Assembly (NCBI GenBank): GCA_976226885.1
Contig: OZ320317.1
Span: 52,886,001 to 52,950,000, forward strand
Length of the DNA stretch: 64,000 bases
Direction: 5' to 3'
Source of the DNA: Iphione sp. A-MEVVRFRX5
Lineage: Eukaryota
Position numbers and translations under genes: made by a program. Below, in pieces: positions 1 through 10,831 of this stretch. The stretch's first letter is position 1. Each line of letters begins with the position of its first letter. The notes below the pieces were generated by a model. The model did not search any database and was not told the DNA's origin. It worked only from the letters and a program-made list of their open reading frames with translations.

Positions 1-161
1 CAACTGGTAGACAGCCTACGACAGATACAGATCAGACTACGACAACTTCCACATGGTGGCAAATGACTGATTGTACATAATGCTTTTGTTTCATTTGTGT
101 GTATTTCTGGATATACTCATCTGAACGGACTCTTCGCCATGCACCGTACTTATGGTACTCC

Positions 162-2528
162 CTAATTCTCCTTTAACAATTTGTCCATATAATAACGCTT
201 CAACTCACTTTTAATGGTCTGACTCTTCGTACTACTTGGATTCTTCAAATACAATGGAAGGTGGTTCCACACTCTGCTTATATTCTATCTACACTCTCAT
301 ACCTTGGTCCAATTTGCCTAATAACAAGACTAGTATGACGTCGTTTGACGGTTCTAGTCAGTAGCACCTGGTGAATTTATCAAGGAGTTTCTCACTGCAT
401 ACAGACCTAGGTAATATTCACAAAGTTGTAAGTAGTTAATTAACTTTATGGTACATAACATTCAATCGGAGAAGACCGATCTAGGAAGCCGAACCTAAGC
501 AGTCTGTTGATCAGTTGTTTTAGTGAAACAAAACATCTCGGTCTCCTACTGCTCATTAGGATAGCTCCTTGATCTGCATATGGAGGAACAAATGACTTCA
601 ATAGGAAGAACGCTGTTTCTTTAGGGATGCATTTCCTACATCGTTTAAACAGTAGTGCCAGGGGTCTCAATTTGGACAGATTCTTCTTAATTCACTGTCC
701 CAAAGGTGCATATCTATAGGCTGATATCGGAATAGTTCACAAAGTATAACTGCTTTACGTTCTTGTTACTATATACAAAAAATGTTTCAATTGTATATGG
801 GTTACGTGATTATGTGAACAATAACACCTCTGGTTTCGTAGTATTAATCCTTAAACCATTTCTTTCACACCAGTCATTTAATATGGTCAGAGTATGTTGT
901 TATTCGGCTGCCACCAGCGTTGGATCTGGTCCACTAGCTAATAACGTTGTGTCATTTGCATATAGCAGACACTCTCTGTCCCGAAATTCTTTTAGAGAGT
1001 CATTAATATAATTCAGAAACAGGAGGAGGCCCCAAATGATCCCTTCGGGTACCCTGGATTGAACTGGGAGTGGATCTGATGCACACTGTAGATTTAATTT
1101 GGTTCTTAGGGTTCAGATCAAAAGGTAGATACTGACCCATGAGATGTAATTGCCTAAGCCATCGTAACTCAGCATTTAATAATTATACCGTGTTGTATAC
1201 TGTTGAAAGCCTTTGCATAATAGATTGATAGAATTCCAGTTAATAAATTTTGATTTAAATTTTGGTAGGCTATGTCAGTCAATGTTGCCACAGCTTCGGT
1301 TATTGACTTCCCAGACCGAAAGCCAAATTGATTTTCATGAAGAATTCTTCTCAAGGGAGTGTACTATTCTTCCAATCAGCTTACACAAAAATGGCAATAT
1401 TGTGATTGGTCTATTGTTACTAGGACTGTATCTGTCTCCCTTTTTAAAACTCAGAGTGACCAGACCTTATTTCCATTCTGGTGGTACATTCCTGTTAGCA
1501 ATGAAGTATTTACTTTGTGTACTAACTGTGCTGTTAGGAGGGGCAATGCATCCCTTAGGATCTTTGAAGAGCACCAAGACAGGCCAGATGGTTTTGAGAC
1601 GCTGATTTTCTTGATGATCCCTATTATTTCATCATAGTAAGTTTTATTTCCAAAGGATGTAATAGAGACACCCTTTCCTATAAGAATACATGTATTACGA
1701 TATTACTCTGGCAAAAGCATTCCCTGGATAACTAGGCAAATAGGTTAGCCCCGCAGATTTGCGTTTTTGCATGCCATCTGCGCGATGTAGCAGCTCGATA
1801 AATACTGGCTACGACCCTCCGTATATTCAACTGGACTGAATGATGGTCACTTAGGTTCAATTTCAATACAGAGTATTTTACTGTAGTCACTATGTTATGA
1901 TAAATGTGGTCTAATATGGTAAAAGTATAACCTTTGTCTCTAGTGCTCCCGTCAATCAACCGTGTGAGAGTAAACTCATTCTGGAGGTCCTTAATTTGTA
2001 ACATACTGCCTGCATTAGAATTTCAAATAGTCATTATTGAAGTCTCTGATGGGAACGTTTTCACAATTCTGTTTGTCTATGTAATCCAATGATGATTTCA
2101 AGTAAGCTATAAACTCTTTAAGGCTACCACTTCGTGGCCTATAAATTACCCCTAGGTTTAACTTCACCCCGGCAACCATCTCAACGCAAAGTGACTCAAC
2201 TAAAGAGCTGTTTCTATTTTATGTGGACAAGGTAACATCGTTGACTAGAATATCATTTTTCACACACATACAAACACCATCACCCTTCTGACTCCACCAG
2301 CTGACATACTGCTTGGGAAAGGTCTCTCTTGTTGAATCAAAAATATCCTTGCACTTCTATACTTCCACCTTTTATATCAACATGCAACCAGGTTTCAACC
2401 AGTAATACCATGCCATACACTTTCTTGCGTACTAATAGGTTTACTTCGTCTAATTTATTCAACAGATTACGAATGTTAACATAAAAGATAAGGACTGTGC
2501 CCATTGTGCTCATTATATGCCATAACAC
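162..2528 (-). mobile_element. Decayed non-LTR retrotransposon ORF2 (APE endonuclease + reverse transcriptase), CR1/L2/Crack-like; frameshifted with stops
   Basis: Minus-strand motifs in the expected order: EN N-terminus FYVNIRNLLNKLDEV...LLVETWL (2337-2528); EN C-terminus TILDHIY...LNLSDHH (1732-2004); RT ENQFGFRSGKSITEA...AKAFNSIQH (1169-1354); frameshifted GVPQGS-like box then LFLNYIND...LLYANDTT (about 940-1060); C-terminal RVWNHLPLYLK...SELKRYY, stop at 162-164. A short 3' UTR with an AAATGAAAC tail remnant runs to about 85. Confidence 0.9.
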
Positions 2529-2784
2529 TTAAGTATCAATCAATGCACACATATTTGACTCATCGAACCGTATTATCATAGTTTGGGAGAAACTACAGGC
2601 CGTTTTCAATAAATCTGAAAGTGGACTAAGTCATGCAATTGTAGGGCGCAGGGGGGCTGTGTAGGCTGGAGGTTCACATTTTCCAGTGTATAAATACGTA
2701 CATGTATGTTTATAATGCTAGCATATTGCAAGACAGGGCGACATAGATAGCTAGCAGGAGTAAAAATGGAAGGGGATGTTCAGA

Positions 2785-3060
2785 AGGTCTTAATTGTGAG
2801 GGAAATGCCCTCAGATCTCTGGTGTAGCAGCCAGTCATAAAAGGTGGTCCTAACCTTCGAATACGAGGATGACTCGACCGCGGTATGCCAGTCATGGCTT
2901 GTGTGCACAGCATACTACCGTCCTGTTAACCTGACACGGTCACCAAGGGGTAAGAACTGTCTGTCAAGACGAGATTTGTGTAATGTATATGATTGTACAC
3001 CACCTACTATATCCGAACTATGATGCGCTATGCTGAAACACGGTGACACATCTATTTCTA
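2785..3060 (-). mobile_element. Possible remnant of a pogo/Tigger-like DNA-binding region (CENP-B-type HTH), or a decayed LINE ORF1
   Basis: Stop-interrupted minus frame reading FQHSAS*FGYSRW ... AYRGRVILVFEG*DHLYDWLLHQRSEGISLTIK resembles the pogo/CENP-B helix pattern L.eW...qR..G..ls. Eye match only. Confidence 0.25.
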
Positions 3061-6000
3061 CACATATTTTATTCTGACAATGATTACAGAGCTCTACATA
3101 TTGTCTCAGGATCCAGATGTTATTAATCCTTCTAAAATCGTTGGATCTTAACCTTTCCCAATATACGGTCATGCTTTCCAGCTGAACAACCCATCCCTTT
3201 CATATAAGTGATCGATCCACGAGATAAAGATCTCTGCGATCCGTCATACTTGCATGTGACTTTTCTCAGATACAAGCGGTGAGCTGTCTAAACATTGCCG
3301 ATTTCCGTACTCACAAGTGACCATTCCACTACAAATATCTCTAGGAATACTTAATACCACTGATAATATCACGATTAAAGAAGCCGGGCCGAATTTTTGT
3401 TATAATTGCACGTTGGCCGTCCTTGTCTTTCATTTTATCCACGCAAAGTCCAATATCACAGACCATGCCATTAGAAGAGGCGGCCCCATGCGGACAGGCA
3501 CGGGTCAATATACAGCACACCAGCAGGGAGAATCATCCAAGTCTCGTGTGAAAAGCCTGGCAAATAGATCTGGATCAATATTGCGGTCCAAGATGGAGGT
3601 ACGTGTACATGTATGGCCTCGTTCAAGGATCACAAAAGCACTGACTGTGACTGCTCATCAGCCGTGTATTAAGGCACAACTGAGTATGGAAAACTTCTGA
3701 GTTCACTGATAAAATGTCCTTCCGAACTATCCAGCCTGCTGCATTCCCAGCAATTCATTCGGATTGTTCCACTTAAAGCGGGAACCTTTACTGCTCAAGT
3801 GATAAATTCAGTTATTCTTCATTTCCTTTTGTTCCATAAGACTAATTCAGGACCTTTCAGCGCCTTTCGTAATGAGAAACGGTCAACATTAAAAATAACC
3901 CTTCCTTAATGGCGGTCTCGTCATTTTTCACTCTATACTGAGCCCACGAGAGCGAAATGATGAAACAGAAAGCGCGCCTTGTATACTAGTCTCCATGAGT
4001 TACAGTAGAGTTCGCCCTATCGTGGCCTACATGTCAGCAATCAACTTGTAGAGGAAGTAATAAAGCCTCCCCAGTCAATAAGGGAATTTTCGCCCTTTGT
4101 GTTGCCCTGCCAATCCCCACCAGCATAATTACATATGGGCCCTTGCAGACCCGGCAGTTCAATTCTTATTTCAGCGCACATTAATGAAGGGATTACAAAG
4201 CAAGTCATTTATAAGGCATAATGGATCTCGAGGCAGCCACCATAGCCAGCAGGGGTTTCTTTCCCAAGCCTATATTGAAAGCAACAAGTGCAAAATATTG
4301 TACGATATATCAGTCAGGTGATCATTAAGAAATCTGATTTATTCTATTAACCCAACGAAAAGGCACAAAAGAGTTAGAAATAGCAAGATGCTCCTCCCCG
4401 CCGCCTACCTACGCTTGCACAGAACGACCGAGACTGGCCGCCCCTCTGACCTTGAAGCGTGGTGAGAGGCAAATATATCAACCTAGTGGACCCCTACCAG
4501 TTTCAACGACCATTAAGCCAGTGGTAACGTGCAACGCTGGGACAATGAATCTCGGCGCCATGCCATCCGAGCCCGCAGCCATGTCTTTCTTCCTACGTGC
4601 ACCCTTGCCCCCACTGGCATCAATTCTATTGCGTATGATCCCAGAATTGAAGGACCTGACGCCAGGGTTACCCTTAAGTCAGCGCACTAGATTTCATTCT
4701 ACATCTGCATGCACTTTCAGGGCGTCATACTTTGCTCACATTCGATAATATTTCTTTTAACCCCTTCCTTCTTGCCCGTCCATCATGGAGCGTTGCTGGC
4801 TACCTCTGACCACTATTGGCACAGCTATAGACAGCGCTCCTAGTGAAAAGTTCGACGGCAAAACTTCTTCTTATAACTAAATTAGTCCAGTGTGTTGCCC
4901 CATGGACACAAAATGACCAATGCCTCAATTCAAACCAGCAGGAGGATCTAGTATAACACCTTTGCTTACCCCATTTACTGAGTAAAGGCTGTATGCTAGC
5001 GAGTAGAAAGTCCTATCACTTGCTGTCACTTCCCTGTAGTTCCCCCAGTGTGACCACTGCCTCAGTGCCTATGAGCAGCAGTTCTTGCTTATCACTCTTA
5101 CTACGTTCAGCAAAATAACCAACGCCTTCAAGCGGTGAGCAGCTGGTCTCTACTGCTCATCGCCACCTCTAGTCCCAACTAAAATACATGGCCTTGACAG
5201 GTGCCATCACACCATCGGGACACGAGAGTTTTGGCAACGCCTGAAAAACTGTCAGTGCCCGACAGGCCATGAAATGTTCACCCGGTGGCAGAGATTTGTT
5301 TCACAACTGAACGCGTCATGGGGGCTAGGGTGATGGTGGGGAGGGTACTCATGACTTGCTTATAGTAGGCACTGTTGTTTCAATATGGCTTCGCGTTGCT
5401 TTAAGGGGTGTCTGGCTTACAAAGTATGGCATTGCGCCTTGCTTAAAGGCCTGCCTCCTTGACTTATTATTTCTATAATAGGAGGTGCAAGCATCTAGTT
5501 GTTTCATGTCGAAGGAGTCAGCAACCCTATGAACACACTCTATAAAATAACAATTTTAATGGAAAGAGTAAAAAAAAAAAAAGAAAAAAACGTGATAAGG
5601 CAGCTGAGGAAATTTTCAATCAGAGTAATAGATAAGAAAGAAGAACATTATTTAAGCGAGATTTATCTTGCACCAATAAGTTCCTCCATCTTGGTGCGGC
5701 AGACAACAATTTCTTTTCAAAGAGTCATGGTATTCCAGCACTACACTAAGATGAGGTGCAGCTAGGAGCGCCCGTTGTCATGGGAACAACGGGCATGTGA
5801 TGCAGTTCATTTCCGCCTCCGCGTGTGACGAGTCATCTGAATGCTGCCTGCTGGCAAGGCTACTCTTACCTCGCGCCATCAAGTACTCACCCCAAACTGC
5901 AGCCCGTGAGTCAAGACCCCGTGCCTAACCCACCACCCCCTCCCAACCCAAACCAGGGCCCCCCCTTCTTGCACACTGGGTGTTATCGAGCACTCTTCTG

Positions 6001-8308
6001 TCAGTCACACACGCAAAACCACCCATGACTTGAGCAGATAAGGAATCCACGCATGCGCCGAGCACATTCTCTAGCTGCTCTCAGCAAAAGTGCTCGAGAC
6101 GCTCCCACGAGACAGCGGCGTCCAAGGCGGCAGGCGCCAAGTCATTCAACGTCGGCAGACTGTCCGAGACGCCGAGGTAACATGGCGGACGGTCAGAGGG
6201 GAAAGGCTGAGAACTGAAGCCGAACATGGCCGCTCAAGGGGCCTCCATCCTTATCTGCTGAAAAGACTCCTCCATCTCAAACATTCTTCCCGCTTCAATC
6301 CATTGCTGCTTGTGCATCTGGAGAACCAATTGCTGACTGGGCGGTCGCTCAATATAGGCCCCATGCACAATGTCCGCGTTATAAACGGTTTGCACGGATC
6401 TTCTGAAGTATCTGATGGCGTCTGTTGAAAAACTTTGCCTCGTACTAAAAAGTACCATCGCTTACCACACCACGACCGAAAAGCGCTCATTACTTAAAGT
6501 GGTTCTTATAAAACAATAATAAGGGGAAATACGTTTTTTAGGTTTGAGGAAGACTTGTGTCTCCTCTGTGGCATGTATGCACTTTAAACACCGGACAAAA
6601 ATCTTCTGAAGTATCCAGTGGTTAGAGTTAATTGTTGAAAAGCCTTTCTTCATACTTCATATAAAAAGGCGCCATCGCTCATCATCCAACAAAGCACTCC
6701 CCCCAAAAGATACTCTAATAAAAACAAAGAAAATGTTTGGTTTTTAGTTTTCAGAGAGACAGCGGCTTTTCTCCCAAAACCAGCTCAGGGGAGGTTACGC
6801 TGAGATTATCGTGTTTTACAAGTGATTATCTTGCGTTAGGTTCTGGTGGTGACGGACTGTTATGCCCACTGTGTCAGAACGAAAACATTTCGTTTTAACT
6901 GCACCGGGCCTTTGGGTGTATATAAAACCTTCAGAAATACTTTTGCAACAACTTTCACATTATGAATACACTGTAGTGTTGATTCTTTACTCCTCGTCGG
7001 TAGGGGAAACGCTGGTGTCCTGAAAAGGATGACTGCGCCTGTATTTTCGTCCGAGTGGTGCTGTGGCAAGTAGCACGTACTACGCTGACTACTCCTGAAG
7101 GGGTTAGGTAGAACGCTGGAGTATAAAGTAGAGGAAGGGGGACGTTTGGGTTAGACCCCTTGGGGCCAGCGTCTGTAGGGGATGTCCGACAAAGTGCGCT
7201 GCCTGCACGTGGCTCCCAGAAGACTGTCGAACCCAGACAGGTCGTGTCCAGCCAATGATTTCTATCGGCAGTCGCTGGTTTTTAATGTACTGGCACTGCA
7301 TCCACCCGACACCCACACACAAGCATGCATCTACTGCCTACGTACAGTGAGGCACTGGAGAGCTACTCTTATCATAAGTCTCTACTCAAATGCGGCACTT
7401 ACGTATGTGTATTATACTTATTATAAGTGTCTTGTACTGTGGGTAGCCAATACATGTATACTGTAAATGACGCTGCCATGAAATCGAGGTACACTGATCC
7501 TACGTGATTATTCTTCAAGTAGTGAGGAATGTTATTAAAATATAAACAAAATCTGACCAGACTCGTTTCTCTGAAGAAATATGCACAAATTCCAGCTTCT
7601 CTCTGTCTACATCTTCCTCCTTCTCTCAGCTTCTCTGTCTCTCCCTAGCCCCATCTCCTCGCCCATCGCCATTACCATTACCCGCGGGAACGAGCGCCAG
7701 GGCCATGCCGCTCCTCTGAGCTGCGAAGGAGTGTTTACTGGGGGTCAATCTAATAAGGAAGGAAGACGGCAACCAAGACATGCGCAGAAAGCGGCAAGCG
7801 TCAGCGCCACCTGTCAGCATTCACACTAAATACGACCAGTAAACACATTCCATTCTCTCAGTCTGGACTCTCTCAATGCTCAACTTTAAATGCATCGCAG
7901 CAAAAACTGTCATGAATTTCTGGCGTTTGCCTCTCGCGTTTTTTTTTTCACGTATTCTGTAGAACTAATGGAAACAACTGGGCAGCAATCATGGGAGGCA
8001 ATGCCTCATTTACACATGTGTGCCTGAAACCTACAAGTTCGGCGAGGTTAGCCTTTCGTAAGCACTTCCTGCCATCCCTTCTACTGGCACCCACTCTACC
8101 AGCTTTTAGTGCCCCCCCCCCCTCCAACAATCACCACCACCTCCGCCTACCAACCCCGGGCAACAGCCTCAACACAACCACTCTAACAATTTCCACAATT
8201 ACTCCTGCCCTCCATCCTCACCACCCTGTCATTGCCACTGCCAGGACGTCCCAAATTTGCTGGTTCGCCTCTTGACTTCAGCCTTTCAAAACAGATTGTC
8301 GCCGACTC

Positions 8309-8457
8309 TGTCACGTGATTAGGCAAGGTACGTGACCGCCTGTCACCTGATTAGGGCCGCGCATGCTCGCTGGGACACGGCGTCTGCTGTGTGGAGTGGT
8401 CACTCCAGTAGCGAACGAGCACTTGGTGGTGTGGAGGAGACGGTGCATGACTTCCGG
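8309..8457. promoter_or_regulatory. CpG-rich cluster of promoter-like motifs
   Basis: Near-direct repeat TGTCACGTGATTAGG (8309) / TGTCACCTGATTAGG (8341), each with an E-box; NRF1-like GCGCATGCTC (about 8359); ETS-like ACTTCCGG (about 8450). No linked gene identified. Confidence 0.25.
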
Positions 8458-10170
8458 TAAAGCGGACCGAGAATATGAATAGCGCTTTGTACTGCCCCTA
8501 AAGTGTTTGAATAAGCCCTGTCAGGGAATCGCCCTGCAGTAATGATTCCGTCCCGGTGACCAAATTATCTTTCAAGGTTGAGAAATGTATGTTTTATGCG
8601 GCTGGTTCGTGATGGCTGGTATAAAAGACGCAATAAAGATAAGCGAGGCCATCTTATCTTTTTAGGTGAGGACGTTCACAACAATCATGAGAAAGCGTTT
8701 TCTTTTAAATGACCAAAATTCAAAAAGTCGAGGCTCGTTTTTATCTCCTAAAAGAACACCGCAAGGAGCATCCAAAAAGACACTTGAGATGGGACTGAGG
8801 CTATCACTGCCTGCCTGCCTGTCAGACTTGTGGACTGACTGTCTGACTGTCCATCTGTCTTTCCCTATGTATACTTGCATGCCTACTGTTTGAAGCCTTC
8901 TATGTGGACAGGAGCGCCAACTTATGAAGACGACCGCTGGAATGTGACGAGGAGCCCTTGATTTGATTGGTCGATTTTGGTAAAAGGTTGCGGGCGATAT
9001 GCTTGCATGCGAAGAAAGCGCTGGAAAGAGGGAGGAGGTAGACGCGCGGAAGGGGGGGGGGGCGCTGCTGACTGTTGACGCACTTGGTCACTCATCCATC
9101 ACCTGCTGCTGTGCACTCTCATCGTGAAGCACTACAGTGGTGGAAGCTCAGGCCACAGAAGAGGGCGTTAGAAGGGTTTCACCTTCGACCGCTCATCAAT
9201 TCAACTTGAGCTGGACCTCCGCAATGATTTATGAGCTCGCTGTCATGTTTTGAGCTACTCAAATTATGTCACGGCGATTGGATTCTGTGTCAGTAACAGT
9301 GACACTACCGGGCGACAACCACCGTTCAAAGATAGACATTCTCTTCAGGGAATTCTAGACTGAGCTTGTGTAGACCTGATACAGTCCCCAAAGCCCTGGT
9401 TATAGTACAGAAGAAAATAAAGAGCTTCTCTGTTAAGGGGGATAATATTAAAACTGATGCTTGGGAATGAGCTTTGGACGCCAGACTCCCAAAGCAGACA
9501 GGCTCTGAACGATCATGACAGGGAGCACATTAAAAAAAAACGCACTGCCTACATATAGGAATTTCATGGAAGGTTCGGGAGATGTATGACGATGTGGATT
9601 GGAGAAGGCAAGAATGACATGCAAGGCCCGCAAGAGAAATAATTCCAGAGAAGAAATGGTCGCGAAAGCGTACAGCGGGGCGGGCAGAGTCAGTCCGGAA
9701 GTAGGGCGGCGGGTCAAGGTCAGGGATAGAGGGCAAAAGGTTTTCCCGCTTCTTCAGAAACACTCAAGGTGATAACTTGACCCCGAGGTCTTCTCGGGGC
9801 CCGAGGTCTTCTCCGGGTACCAAATGCCTTCTTGAGCTCGCTAGACGACAGTCATCCGTCAGCAAACTTGGACATCTTGGACATTAGTATATATATGTAT
9901 TCAACGTGCAAATTTCCCTCTCCTAAACAACTCCCTTCGCCTATCCACGTATGGGCGAACAAGTAGAAACAGGCCAGTTTTTTCTGTCCTTGATAGACGC
10001 GTATCTGCGTCCTGACAGAAAAGAACTGATGCTTATTTCATGATCATGCAGTAAGCATGAATGTAAAATATCTTCCAATGGTTGTGCAATATTTCGGTGA
10101 GTGTCGCGCACCTTACAGGTATTATGTACAAATGTTTTTTTCCCCTGTGACCAGCATAACTGTACAGTGT

Positions 10171-10516
10171 GGAGATGGCTCAGTGGTAGAGCACTGGTCC
10201 AATGATTGAGAGGTCACAGGTTCAATCCAAGGCTTGTTACTCTTGATCATGACCAGACAGATTTACTGTAGCCCCAGCCCAGAGTGGTCCAAACTTCTGA
10301 AAAGTCCATGGATGTACAGGATTCTGTCCCACATACACTTGACCCCAGAAACCTATTCAAAATAGGAGTAGAGGGCAACCCTGGGTATTCTGGTCTCTCA
10401 ATTCTCAATAATAGATGGTAGTATGCTACCCCAGGAGGATATGGAAGAACCCTGTCATGATGGGTGAATTTATTCCTGGTTAACGATACAATGAAACGAA
10501 ATGAAAAAAATGAAAA
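10171..10516 (+). mobile_element. tRNA-derived SINE, copy 1
   Basis: A-box TGGCTCAGTGGTAG and B-box GGTTCAATCC, then a central core and an (AATGA)n-like tail. Colinear with the copy at 57403-57727, with shared identical blocks TCTCAATTCTCAATAATAGA and CAGGAGGATATGGAAGAACCCTGTCATGATG. Confidence 0.85.
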
Positions 10517-10711
10517 CACCATGGTATAAAAACAGCACCAAATCTGTCGCTCCCCTATGATGTACATCATTTGACTGCATTAGGCCCAGTGTCCTCATAT
10601 GTGGTTCGGGTGCGGATGCATTCATCTGTGTTGCTTTGCATATATATGTAAAAACACGATTACTGCACATGTCTACACATGTCCACTTATTTCCACACAT
10701 ATCTGCTGCTT

Positions 10712-10831
10712 ATACTTTTCCAGTCAAATTCACCAGCTTTTGCCGCTTTCCCCATCAAATTTGCTAGTTCACATACTTATTCTAGTCAAATTCACTGGTT
10801 TTTACCACTTTTCCCATCACATTTGCAAGTC
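10712..10831. repeat. Two-copy tandem repeat, about 61-bp unit, about 80% identity
   Basis: ATACTTTTCCAGTCAAATTCACCAGC...CCCATCAAATTTGC at 10712 repeats as ATACTTATTCTAGTCAAATTCACTGG...CCCATCACATTTGC at 10773. Confidence 0.8.

Noticed and set aside
4480-4680. ALK/LTK glycine-rich-like motif IDASGGKGARR on the minus strand
   Set aside because: Only a short match; the flanking conserved residues are absent and the frame is bounded by stops.
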